Assembly (NCBI GenBank): GCA_965215195.1
Contig: CBDCDC010000002.1
Location: forward strand, 1,280,001-1,344,000
Source: Candidatus Latescibacterota bacterium
GTDB taxonomy: Bacteria; Latescibacterota; UBA2968; UBA8231
DNA length: 64,000 nt
Direction of reading: 5' to 3'
A program made the position numbers and the translations under genes. The notes under the pieces were generated by a model, which saw only the letters and a list, made by a program, of their open reading frames with translations, did not search any database and was not told the origin of the DNA. Below are positions 9,585 to 18,332 of the stretch, piece by piece. Numbering within the stretch: the stretch's first letter is position 1; each line of letters starts with the position of its first letter.

Positions 9585-9860
9585 GAGGGCGTCTCGCCCG
9601 CGAAAATCGCTTGACGCCGCAGGAACTCGACAGCCCCGCAAAGCGGCCTGCGAGGGGTTTGTCGCGCCTAAAGGCGCGGTGAAGCAGACCGCTTCCTTAC
9701 TACACGCCACCAGCCCTCAGCCTGCCAAGGATCGAGGGCATCTTGCCCTCGCCGAGGGCGGGACGCCCTCGATCCCGCACCCAGCGGAAACCGCAGAAAA
9801 GGCGTACTCAAAGTAAGGGTCGCCTACTTTAGGGGTCGGGTACTAAGGACCGCTTCTAAG
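9585..9860 (+). repeat. MITE family B copy (left end degenerate), interrupted by MITE A
   Basis: agggcgtctcgcccgcgaaaa...cctaaaggcgcggtgaagcagac.gcttctaag shared with 45281-45394. Confidence 0.7.
9696..9847. mobile_element. MITE family A, 152 bp, 9-bp TSD GACCGCTTC
   Basis: Imperfect TIR cttactacacg / cgggtactaag; TSD at 9687-9695 and 9848-9856; near-identical copy at 16012. Confidence 0.9.
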
Positions 9861-10791
9861 GCGTCAATACCCGCTCGGTGAATAGCTCGAGAAAGCGCGC
9901 TTGGTCCACGGCCATGGCACACGCTACGGGCCGCCCCTGCCGCTTGTGGTCGCTCGCCCAGGTGCGCTGGTCAACTACCAACTGCCCGGCGGTCAGGTCC
10001 CCGGCAGTCTCCACGTCCACCCACAATCGCTCCGTGCGAAAGAGCTGCGGCCACAGGGCCGCCCCCAAGGCCACTGGATCGTGCAAGCGCATTCCAGCGA
10101 ATCCGTAGTGCGCGGCCTCAAAGGCCATGGCCGGTCCACACGCCGCCTGGCAAAACGCAGCGCGCGCCCCTTCGCAGGCTTGCAAGGCGGCCTGCTCCAG
10201 CCCGACCTGCCCGGTGACGTCCAGCCCCACCAACACCAGCTCGGCCGCGGACGTGAGGACTTGGCGCGCTGCGTGCGGATCCGCGTAGAAATTGAACTCA
10301 GCTGTTGGCGCGACATTGCCCGGTACGCGCGCGGCCCCGCCCATGATCACCACTTGACGCGCACGGCCCAGCACGCCCGGCACCCGCGCCTCGGCCTGCG
10401 CCAAGTTGGTCGACGGCCCGGTGGCAACGAGCGTCACCTCCCCGGGCCGCGCCTGCAAGGTGTTCAGCAGAAATTCCACTGCATCGCCTGCGGGCGAGGT
10501 GTGCGCCTCGGGTAGCTGGGCTGCGCCCAGCCCGGTTGCGCCGTGGACGTCGGCCGCGGCGACCGCGCTCCGCACCAAGGGCCGCTCTGCGCCGGCGTAC
10601 ACCGGAACGTCGGCCCGGCCCGCCCACTGCAACAGGCGCAGGGTGTTGTCAGTCGTCCGCGGCCGCGGCACATTGCCGGCCACCGTAGAGACGCCCACCA
10701 ACTCAACTTCGGGCGAGGACAGGGCCAAAAGCAGAGCGAGGGCGTCGTCAACGCCCGTATCGACGTCCATAATCAGGGGAGTTGTAGGCAA
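9856..10791 (-). CDS. Nucleoside hydrolase (IUNH family)
   Basis: DVDTGVDDA, AEFNFYADP, LHDP motifs; start uncertain. Confidence 0.9.
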   Translation of the reverse strand: MPTTPLIMDVDTGVDDALALLLALSSPEVELVGVSTVAGNVPRPRTTDNTLRLLQWAGRADVPVYAGAERPLVRSAVAAADVHGATGLGAAQLPEAHTSPAGDAVEFLLNTLQARPGEVTLVATGPSTNLAQAEARVPGVLGRARQVVIMGGAARVPGNVAPTAEFNFYADPHAARQVLTSAAELVLVGLDVTGQVGLEQAALQACEGARAAFCQAACGPAMAFEAAHYGFAGMRLHDPVALGAALWPQLFRTERLWVDVETAGDLTAGQLVVDQRTWASDHKRQGRPVACAMAVDQARFLELFTERVLTP

Positions 10792-10988
10792 CGCTGCCCG
10801 TCCCGGCGAATGAGCAAAATGCCCTCCTCGCGTCTTAATTGCCAATGAAACTCGTCGGTCCCCGTCTACGCGGGGGACTGGCTTAACATACCAAACAGCA
10901 GGCCGCGGCCAAAGCGCACCCTGTTGCCGACGCGCCGTTTGCTTAGATTGGTTCCCAAGTACTCGTCCCCCCAATCGAGGGAGTAGCT

Positions 10989-11882
10989 ATGACTACCGCC
11001 TCCATCGACGTAGCCCCTCTGCCGCAAGCCGCCTTCGGCAAGACCGGCGAACGCGTCCCCTTGCTCGGCTTGGGCACGGCCCCCGGCGGCATGGGCCTAG
11101 CAGACGCGGACGCCATCGCGCTTTTTGAACGGGCCATTGACCTCGGCGTTACCTACATCGACACGGCCCCCGGCTACGAGCGCGCCCAGCATCAGCTCGC
11201 CCAGATCGTGCCCCATTGCCGGCGCGAGCTGTTCTTGGTCAGCAAGGCCCACACGGCCCACTACCAAGAGGCGCTCGATATTGTCGAAAAGAATTTGGAC
11301 GCCTTGGGCACCGATCACTTGGACCTGATGTACGTCCACTCGCTGGGCCACTTAGACGTAGAACAAGTGCTGGCCAAAGACGGTGCGCTCGCCGGCTTGC
11401 GCGAGGCGCAGCGGCGCGGTTGGACCCGCTATGTCGGCATCACCGCTCACCACGCGCCTTGGAAATCCGCCAAGGTCCTGCGCGAGGTCGAGATCGACGC
11501 CGGCATGTTCGCCCTCAGTTTCGCCGACTGCCACATTTACAACTTTGAGGAGCTAGTTCTGCCCTTGGCCCGCGCCCAGAACGCCGGCGTCGCTGCGATG
11601 AAGGTGTACGGCGGCGCCATCGACATGGAGTACGACAAGCCCCGGCCCTCCGAGCTGGCCAACAGCGGCTTTGGCGATCACGAGCGGGCACTGCGCTACG
11701 CCTTGGGATTGCCCGGAGTGAGCTTGGCGGTCATTGGAGTCTATGACGAGGAGGAGCTGGTGCAGAATGTCGAATGGGTGCGGCGCTACGCGCCATTGGA
11801 TGCTGGCGAGCAGCAGGCACTTCTAGCCGAGGGGCGGGATATAGCCCGTCAATGGGGGCCGCACTACGGGGCGGTGGAGTGA
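10989..11882 (+). CDS. Aldo/keto reductase
   Basis: LGLGT, YIDTAPGY motifs; GAGGGAG RBS. Confidence 0.88.
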   Translation: MTTASIDVAPLPQAAFGKTGERVPLLGLGTAPGGMGLADADAIALFERAIDLGVTYIDTAPGYERAQHQLAQIVPHCRRELFLVSKAHTAHYQEALDIVEKNLDALGTDHLDLMYVHSLGHLDVEQVLAKDGALAGLREAQRRGWTRYVGITAHHAPWKSAKVLREVEIDAGMFALSFADCHIYNFEELVLPLARAQNAGVAAMKVYGGAIDMEYDKPRPSELANSGFGDHERALRYALGLPGVSLAVIGVYDEEELVQNVEWVRRYAPLDAGEQQALLAEGRDIARQWGPHYGAVE

Positions 11883-11886
11883 GCCT

Positions 11887-13020
11887 ATGAAAATCACCAA
11901 GGTCAAATCCTTTGTCGGATCGAGCGGCCATTTCTTTGTAAAGGTAGAAACCGATGCTGGCATCTACGGCCTCGGTGAGGGGGGCTTGAGACGGCGGGCC
12001 CTCGCCTTGGCCGAAGTCGTGCGCTCTTTTGAACCGTTTCTCATTGGTGCAGATCCGTTCCAAATTGAACATCTGTGGCAAGTGATGTTCCGCGGTGGTT
12101 TCTTCCCTGGCGGTGTCGTCCAATCCGCCGCAGTGAGTGCCGTCGATATCGCACTGTGGGACATCAAAGGGAAAGCACTACGTGTTCCCGTGTACGAACT
12201 TTTAGGCGGACGCACGCGAGACAAAGTCGCTTGCTATCCGCACAACGGCGGCGGCGCGATTGAAGCCCTCGTTGAGAGCTGTCGAAAAACTCATGCCGCC
12301 GGTTGGAAATTCGTCCGCTGGGGCTTGGCTGATGGTGCCGACAAAGGGACGTTTGAACCCAGACGCGCTATCCAGCATGGGGTTGAGCAAGTGGAGGCCG
12401 TGCGCAAGGCATTAGGCGATCAGGTCCACATATTAGTTGACGTGCATACCCGTCTCGACCCAGCGGATAGCCTCGATTTCTGCAACCGGGTTGCCCCCTA
12501 CAATCCATTTTTCATTGAAGATCCGCTGCGCAGTGAAAACCCAGCCAGTCTCAGGCGGCTCCGCCAACAGACCTCCGTCCCGCTTGCCGTCGGCGAACAA
12601 TTTGATAGCAAGTGGACCTTCAGAGAAGTCATTGAGGAGGATCTGATGGATTACTGCCGAATTGACGTGTGCATTGCCGGTGGATTGACAGAGGCGCGTA
12701 AAATTGCCGGGTGGTGCGAAACGCATTACATCCATCTGGCACCGCACAACCCGCTCGGTCCGGTTTCCACCGCAGCCTGTCTGCATCTGTGTTTAGCATC
12801 TTCACTCGTCGGTGTCCAGGAACTTCCGCGTGCGCCGATGTCTTCACTCACCGATGAGTTTCCGGTGCAGGTGCCGTTTGAGTCTGGTCATCTCCTACCT
12901 CCCCAAGCCCCCGGTCTCGGCATTGAATTCAACGAGGCCGCACTTTCCAACGTGTCGACACAGGACTACGGACCACCCACCGGCTATCAGCGCGATGATG
13001 GTTCCTATGCGAATTGGTAG
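11887..13020 (+). CDS. Mandelate racemase/galactonate dehydratase family enzyme
   Basis: SAVDIALWDIKGK, DVHTR, FIEDP, AVGEQ, APHNPLGP. Confidence 0.9.
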   Translation: MKITKVKSFVGSSGHFFVKVETDAGIYGLGEGGLRRRALALAEVVRSFEPFLIGADPFQIEHLWQVMFRGGFFPGGVVQSAAVSAVDIALWDIKGKALRVPVYELLGGRTRDKVACYPHNGGGAIEALVESCRKTHAAGWKFVRWGLADGADKGTFEPRRAIQHGVEQVEAVRKALGDQVHILVDVHTRLDPADSLDFCNRVAPYNPFFIEDPLRSENPASLRRLRQQTSVPLAVGEQFDSKWTFREVIEEDLMDYCRIDVCIAGGLTEARKIAGWCETHYIHLAPHNPLGPVSTAACLHLCLASSLVGVQELPRAPMSSLTDEFPVQVPFESGHLLPPQAPGLGIEFNEAALSNVSTQDYGPPTGYQRDDGSYANW

Positions 13021-13078
13021 GGATTTACAGGTTACGCATCAATGGAGCCAGCCCTACGAGTCGGTGGAGTTTAAAGCT

Positions 13079-13405
13079 CTACGGCCCGACGAAATCCAAT
13101 CTGAGCCGAAACCCCAAGGCCGATATAATGGCCATCAGATTGTCTATCTTCGGCTTACTGCGACTTGAAAGCACGCGGTAGAGATGTTCGCGGTTGAGAC
13201 CAGAGCGCTCTGCCAATGCACCAACGCCCCCTTGTGCTTGGGCGACATCGCGCAGGGCCAATAGTAGCCCATCGGTCTCGCCGCTTGCTTCACACTCATC
13301 CAAGGCGACCTCCAAGTAGGCCCGAGCTTCTTCGGGGTCTTTGAGCACTTTTAGCAGCCCTTCGTCGTAACTGACCGTGTGCTGCAAAACCTGTTTTTCA
13401 TTCAT
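13079..13405 (-). CDS. Addiction-module antidote protein (HI1420-like HTH antitoxin)
   Basis: AYLEVALDE..LLLALRDVAQAQGGV..LAERSGLNREHLYRVLS. Confidence 0.85.
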   Translation of the reverse strand: MNEKQVLQHTVSYDEGLLKVLKDPEEARAYLEVALDECEASGETDGLLLALRDVAQAQGGVGALAERSGLNREHLYRVLSSRSKPKIDNLMAIISALGFRLRLDFVGP

Positions 13406-13625
13406 TGCTACGGCTCCTCAAGTCCTGCCAATATGCTTTGGCGCGTTCAATGTCGCGGCGTTGGGATCGTTTAGTACCGCCGCAGAGCAAAATTACAATC
13501 GTCCTTCCCAGTTTTCCGTAATACACGCGATATCCCGGGCCATAGTGGATTCTCAGTTCAAACACGCCTCCACCTAGCGAGTCGGCATCGCCCATATTGC
13601 CCTGTCGTACGCGATTAATTCGGTT
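13398..13625 (-). pseudogene. 5'-truncated RelE/ParE-like addiction-module killer toxin
   Basis: NRINRVRQGNMGD..VFELRIHYGPGYRVYY..LLCGGTK; the frame meets the EamA stop (13638-13640) with no upstream start. Confidence 0.75.
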
Positions 13626-13637
13626 ATGGGGGCCGCA

Positions 13638-14540
13638 TTACGGGCCGGTGGTGCGAGCCGGCGCGCCCCTTTGCTGGTAGAGCAGGCCGGCGACGATGAG
13701 CACAAGTCCGGCTAGGGTCGCCCAGCGGATCGACTCTCCTAACGCGAAGTGAATCAGCACGAGGGAGCAGAACGGGGAAATGAAGATCAGGTTGCCGACC
13801 TTAGCGGTGTTTTCCGCGTAGCGCAGCGCCCATTGCCACAGGACATACGTGATCCCCATTTCGAAGAGGCCGATGTACGCCGCCCCCAACAAACCCGGCC
13901 AAGCAGGTGCCCGCCACTGTCCCATCAGCAGAACACAGCCGAGCACCAGCGGCAGCGACAGGGCGAAATTGAGAAAGAGCCGCACCACCGGGTCGCGCTG
14001 GTCGCGGGTGTTGTAGATCCAATAGAAGGCCCATACCACTGTGCTGCCCAGCGCCAAGGCCACCCCGAGCGGATCGGAAAAGCGCAAGGTCCAGACTTCG
14101 CCGCGAGTGGAGATGACCAGCACGCCGGCGTAACAGACCAAGCCCGCCGCCAGATCGCGCCGGCCGATTCGCTGCCCCAAGAGCGGGATGGAGAGCCAAG
14201 TCAGGGTGAGCGCCCAAGTATAATTGAGTGCCTGCGCTTCTTGGGCGGGCAGCAGTTGGTAGGCTTTGAAGAGAATCAGATAGTAGAGCAGGGGATTTAA
14301 CGCGCCCAGCACTAGCGAGCGGGTGCAAGCCACCGGCCGGCTCCTGAGCACCTGCCCCACCTTTCCCTGCGCCACGACCAGCACCCCCAGCGCCCCGGTC
14401 GAAGCGCAACTAGCCCACAACAGCAACTCGGCGTAGTCCATGTAGCGGAGGGTGATCTTGAAGGCCGACGCCACGGTGGACCACAGCAACACTGCGGCCA
14501 ATCCGCACAGATAAGCCCTCTTCTGGTCGGCAACTGCCAC
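13638..14540 (-). CDS. EamA/DMT family transporter
   Basis: About 10 hydrophobic segments in two EamA halves. Confidence 0.88.
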   Translation of the reverse strand: MAVADQKRAYLCGLAAVLLWSTVASAFKITLRYMDYAELLLWASCASTGALGVLVVAQGKVGQVLRSRPVACTRSLVLGALNPLLYYLILFKAYQLLPAQEAQALNYTWALTLTWLSIPLLGQRIGRRDLAAGLVCYAGVLVISTRGEVWTLRFSDPLGVALALGSTVVWAFYWIYNTRDQRDPVVRLFLNFALSLPLVLGCVLLMGQWRAPAWPGLLGAAYIGLFEMGITYVLWQWALRYAENTAKVGNLIFISPFCSLVLIHFALGESIRWATLAGLVLIVAGLLYQQRGAPARTTGP

Positions 14541-14551
14541 CGCGCACTCCG

Positions 14552-15937
14552 CTAAAACTGCACAACCTGCTTGGGGCCAATATCCACGGCTTGGGCCAGC
14601 GCGTCGAAGTTCTGTTTCAGCAGCGCGAAGCGCACGTCTGCATAGGCTGGGTCGTCCCAGCGGTTGTCGAACTCGCCCGGATCGGCCTCCAAGTCAAACA
14701 GCTCGCCTTGGGCGCGGTCGTGGTAGCAGACCAGTTTGTAGCACTGGTCGCGGATCATGGTGCCGTAGGTGCCTTGCAGATGCTCCCGACCCGGCGCGTC
14801 TGGGTTTAGGGCGCGGTAGTATTCGCTGCGCACGTAGGCGCGGTGCGTCTCGCTTTGGCCGGTCAGCAGGGGCCACAGCGAGCGCCCCTGCATCCTAGCG
14901 GGCGCGGCGACCCCGGCCAGCTCCAGCAAGGTCGGGGCAATGTCCATTAGTTCGACCAGCGCAGCGCAGACGCGCCCCGCGCGCACGTGCCCCGGCCAGG
15001 AGCAGATCAATGGCACTCGCACCAAGCACTCGTAAAACCGGCACCCCTTGCCCACGAGCTGGTGATCGCCCAATAGCTCGCCGTGATCCGAAGTGAAAAT
15101 CACTAGGGTATTCTCGCGCTGGCCGCTTTCTTCTAGGGCTTCGATCATGCGCCCCACATTGTCGTCGATCAGCTCGATCATCGCGTAGTACGCGGCCATA
15201 ACCTCCTTGGCCTGATCTAGACCGATGGGCGCGGCCCCATCTACCGGCCCGAGTTTCGCGTGGGCCTCGAGGTCCTTTGCGCTCCACAGCGGATCGGGCA
15301 GCGCGGCCGGGTCGTAGCGGTCCAAGTACGCCTGCGGCGGATCAAAGGGTGCGTGCGGGTCGAACATGTTGACGCTCATCAGCCAAGGCGCGGTGCGCTC
15401 CTCGCGCATGAACTCAATGGCCTTGTCCGCACACCAAGTCGTCTGGTGCAGCGCGGGCGGTAGCTGGGCTGGGTCCTCGCGCAGCTCGGCTAAGGAGCGG
15501 CCTTGGGCGCACACCCAATCCGCGTAGGCGTGGCCTTCGGGCCACTGGTCGCGCGAGTCGTGGCTCCAGTGGAAGATGCGATAGCCATCGTCGCCGCGCG
15601 GCTCGATCCGGCCGTGCGCACCGGCTAGGTGCAGCTTGCCGGCCAGTCCGCAGTCGTAGGACGCGGCCTCGGTTAGCAGCTTGGGGACCAGCGGGGCCGC
15701 GTCGGCCCAGTAGGCATTGCCATTGGTACAGCCGTGGACGCTGCTCGGATACATGCCGGTGAGAAAACTGGCGCGGCTGGGGGTGCAGATCGGGCTTTGG
15801 CAGAAGGCGTGGGTAAATGCAGTCCCCTCGCCGACTAGGCGGTTGATGTGCGGGGTGCGAATGTGCTCGTTGCCCAGCGCGCCAATTGTATCGTAGCGCT
15901 GCTGGTCGGTGCAGATCCAGAGAACGTTCGGACGCAT
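14552..15937 (-). CDS. Sulfatase (FGly-dependent)
   Basis: PNVLWICTDQQR, CTPSRASFLTG, SDHG. Confidence 0.93.
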   Translation of the reverse strand: MRPNVLWICTDQQRYDTIGALGNEHIRTPHINRLVGEGTAFTHAFCQSPICTPSRASFLTGMYPSSVHGCTNGNAYWADAAPLVPKLLTEAASYDCGLAGKLHLAGAHGRIEPRGDDGYRIFHWSHDSRDQWPEGHAYADWVCAQGRSLAELREDPAQLPPALHQTTWCADKAIEFMREERTAPWLMSVNMFDPHAPFDPPQAYLDRYDPAALPDPLWSAKDLEAHAKLGPVDGAAPIGLDQAKEVMAAYYAMIELIDDNVGRMIEALEESGQRENTLVIFTSDHGELLGDHQLVGKGCRFYECLVRVPLICSWPGHVRAGRVCAALVELMDIAPTLLELAGVAAPARMQGRSLWPLLTGQSETHRAYVRSEYYRALNPDAPGREHLQGTYGTMIRDQCYKLVCYHDRAQGELFDLEADPGEFDNRWDDPAYADVRFALLKQNFDALAQAVDIGPKQVVQF

Positions 15938-16011
15938 GGTTCTATCTCCCGCGATTATGCTATTACTTTACTGACGTTACGCAGTTTTCCAGAAAATTCT
16001 CAATTTCACCC

Positions 16012-16164
16012 CTTACTACACGACACCAGCCCTCAGCCTGCCAAGGATCGAGGGCATCTTGCCCTCGGCGAGGGCGGGACGCCCTCGATCCCGGACCCAG
16101 CGGAAACCGCAGAAAAGGCGTACTCAAAAGTAAGCGTCGCCTACTTTAGGTGTCGTGTACTAAG
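16012..16164. mobile_element. MITE family A, 153 bp, 9-bp TSD ATTTCACCC
   Basis: TIR cttactacacgacacc / ggtgtcgtgtactaag; TSD at 16003-16011 and 16165-16173. Confidence 0.9.
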
Positions 16165-16213
16165 ATTTCACCCCAATATCTTGGGTCAACCACAAGATAG
16201 AGAGCGACTTACT

Positions 16214-17209
16214 ATGCCCAACGCTATCAACGCCCTCGTCCTCGCACTCGCGCTCGCCGGATCGACCTTGGCCAGCGACGCCGAGGTCCGCGGCATCACC
16301 ATCTCCACGCACGGCATTGGCCGCGACTGGGGCACCGACGCCATCGTGCCGACGCTAGAGGATATTCGCGCCGTCGGTGCCAACTGGGTGGCGATCCACC
16401 CCTACGCCAGCATCCGCGCCGACGGCACCCTCTGGTGGTCGGACATTGATCCGGCCGACCCGCCGGCCCACCTCGTCCGCCCCATCCGCGAGGCCCACCG
16501 CTTGGGCTTGCGCATCTGCATCAAGCCCCACATCGCCTATTGGCGCTCGCCCTTCTCCTGGCGAGGCGAAATCGCCTTTACACGCCCCGAGGATTGGCAG
16601 CGGTTTTGGCGGGACTATCGGGCGTGGATCGCGCTGTTGGCCACCGTCTGCCGAGAGGCCGATGGCTTTGTCGTCGGCACCGAGCTCGACCGCATGCTGG
16701 CCTTTGAAGACGAATGGCGCACACTCATCGCCGAGGTGCGCCAGCGCACCAACGCGCCCCTGACCTATGCGGCCAATTGGACCGACTATCGCCAAGTGCC
16801 CTTCTGGGACGCCCTCGACGTCATCGGCATCCAAGCCTATTTCCCCCTCACCGACGATCCGACCTATGACGAGGAAGACATCCGCGCTGGCTGGGCCAAG
16901 CGCATGGGGGAGCTGCGGGCCTTTGGCGAGCGACACAACCGCAACATTCTCTTCACCGAGCTGGGCTACAACCAGTCGCACCAAGCACCGCTCGCGCCGT
17001 GGGCGTACCCGGTGGATGGCGAGGACGCGCTTCCCGTCCAAGTGGCCTGTCTGCGCGCCGCGCTCGCCGCCATTGCCGCGGAGCCGCACGTCGTTGGAGC
17101 CTTGCTGTGGAAGTGGTTCCCGCACCCGCGCCCGGTCGGCCGCAACTTCCAGCTAGCAATCCCGCCGATCAAGCGCGTGCTTGCCGAGGCGTGGCTCAGC
17201 CGGCAATAA
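16214..17209 (+). CDS. Secreted glycoside hydrolase (GH113-like TIM barrel)
   Basis: Signal peptide; IKPH, VGTEL, TYAANW, IGIQAYFPL, FTELGY. Confidence 0.75.
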   Translation: MPNAINALVLALALAGSTLASDAEVRGITISTHGIGRDWGTDAIVPTLEDIRAVGANWVAIHPYASIRADGTLWWSDIDPADPPAHLVRPIREAHRLGLRICIKPHIAYWRSPFSWRGEIAFTRPEDWQRFWRDYRAWIALLATVCREADGFVVGTELDRMLAFEDEWRTLIAEVRQRTNAPLTYAANWTDYRQVPFWDALDVIGIQAYFPLTDDPTYDEEDIRAGWAKRMGELRAFGERHNRNILFTELGYNQSHQAPLAPWAYPVDGEDALPVQVACLRAALAAIAAEPHVVGALLWKWFPHPRPVGRNFQLAIPPIKRVLAEAWLSRQ

Positions 17210-18191
17210 GCCCGGTCCCGCGCAGCAAGGTTTCCTGCACGAGGAGTTCGTGGTCGAGCGAGCGGTCTGGTGCTTGCTCTCCCTTGAGCACCCTTAGGAA
17301 AGACGCCAGTTCGAGTTCGTAAAGTCCCTGCCGCGAAATTCCTGTAAAAGGCACCCTCTGCTCGCCCGGCGCATAGCCATCGGCTGCTTGAGTCAGGCAG
17401 AGCCGGATGGCGTGGCCCGGCTCAAAAGGCTCTAGCAAAATTGCGCTGCCGCGCTCGCCATAGACCTCAAAGCGCCGCGCCATCGGCTGCGGCTCCATCG
17501 CCGCAATATCGACCCACGCCATGGCCCGCTCGTATTCAAAAACCCCGAGCGTGTTGTCCTGAAACGCAGGCACGACCCCGGTGTCGTTGCGCAGAAAGGT
17601 CGTCACCTTGTCCGGCCGCCCCAAAATCCACACCACTTGATCGAGCATGTGCCCGGCCAAATCGAAGAAGATGCCGCCCTGGTGCCCGGCGGCGATTACT
17701 GCGCGCCCGGCCGCGGCAATGTTGGTGGACATGTGGGCGCGCACCGAATAGACAGGGCCTAAAAACCCCGACCGCGCCCACGCTGCGATCTGGCTAAAGC
17801 CGGGGTGATAGCGCAGCATAAAGCCCATTTGCACTTGCAGATCGGCGGCCCGCGCCTCTGCGACGACCCGCTGCCACTGCGCCCAATCGTCTCCGGCTGG
17901 CTTGTCGTACCACACGTGCTTGCCGGCTTGGACGATGCGCTCGGTCTGGTCCAAGCTCTCGTCGTTGCGGCCCTCGGAGGCAATGGCGACAATGGAGCTA
18001 TCGCCGAGCAGCTCTTCTTCGCTGTCCAAGAAGCGGATCTGCCGATAGGGTTCGTCGCTGGCAACTTGCCGGCGGCGCGCGGCGTCGGGTTCGTACAGGC
18101 CGACGACTTCGACCTCGGGGTTGTCGAGCATTGCCTTGAGTTTGCCGGCGGCGTGGCCGTGCTTGGTGCCGTACTGGGCCATGCGGATCAT
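17196..18191 (-). CDS. Gfo/Idh/MocA oxidoreductase
   Basis: GKHVWYDKP, GFMLRYHP, GGIFFDLAGHMLD. Confidence 0.88.
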   Translation of the reverse strand: MIRMAQYGTKHGHAAGKLKAMLDNPEVEVVGLYEPDAARRRQVASDEPYRQIRFLDSEEELLGDSSIVAIASEGRNDESLDQTERIVQAGKHVWYDKPAGDDWAQWQRVVAEARAADLQVQMGFMLRYHPGFSQIAAWARSGFLGPVYSVRAHMSTNIAAAGRAVIAAGHQGGIFFDLAGHMLDQVVWILGRPDKVTTFLRNDTGVVPAFQDNTLGVFEYERAMAWVDIAAMEPQPMARRFEVYGERGSAILLEPFEPGHAIRLCLTQAADGYAPGEQRVPFTGISRQGLYELELASFLRVLKGEQAPDRSLDHELLVQETLLRGTGLIAG

Positions 18192-18322
18192 GGGATTTCC
18201 TCGCTGTAAAGGTGGAATCAAAACCCGAGCAAACTTTGAAGATCGTCGCAACTTTTTGTTTTTACAAGAGATTTTAACATCCGCACCGTCCATTTTCCGC
18301 CCAAAATCAAAACCCGATCAAA
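18150..18322. repeat. ~172-bp direct repeat, copy 1 (Gfo gene start plus upstream region)
   Basis: Near-identical to 19830-20001; two internal AATCAAAACCCGA boxes (18216, 18305). Confidence 0.95.
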
Positions 18323-18332
18323 CTTGGGCCGA

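Noticed and set aside
10857-10880. Hairpin GTCCCCGTCTACGCGGGGGAC resembling a type I-E CRISPR repeat
   Set aside because: Single copy, no spacers, no cas genes; more likely a REP or terminator-like hairpin.
15848-16213. N-terminal extension of the GH113-like ORF
   Set aside because: It is read-through of MITE A; the signal peptide begins at ATG 16214.
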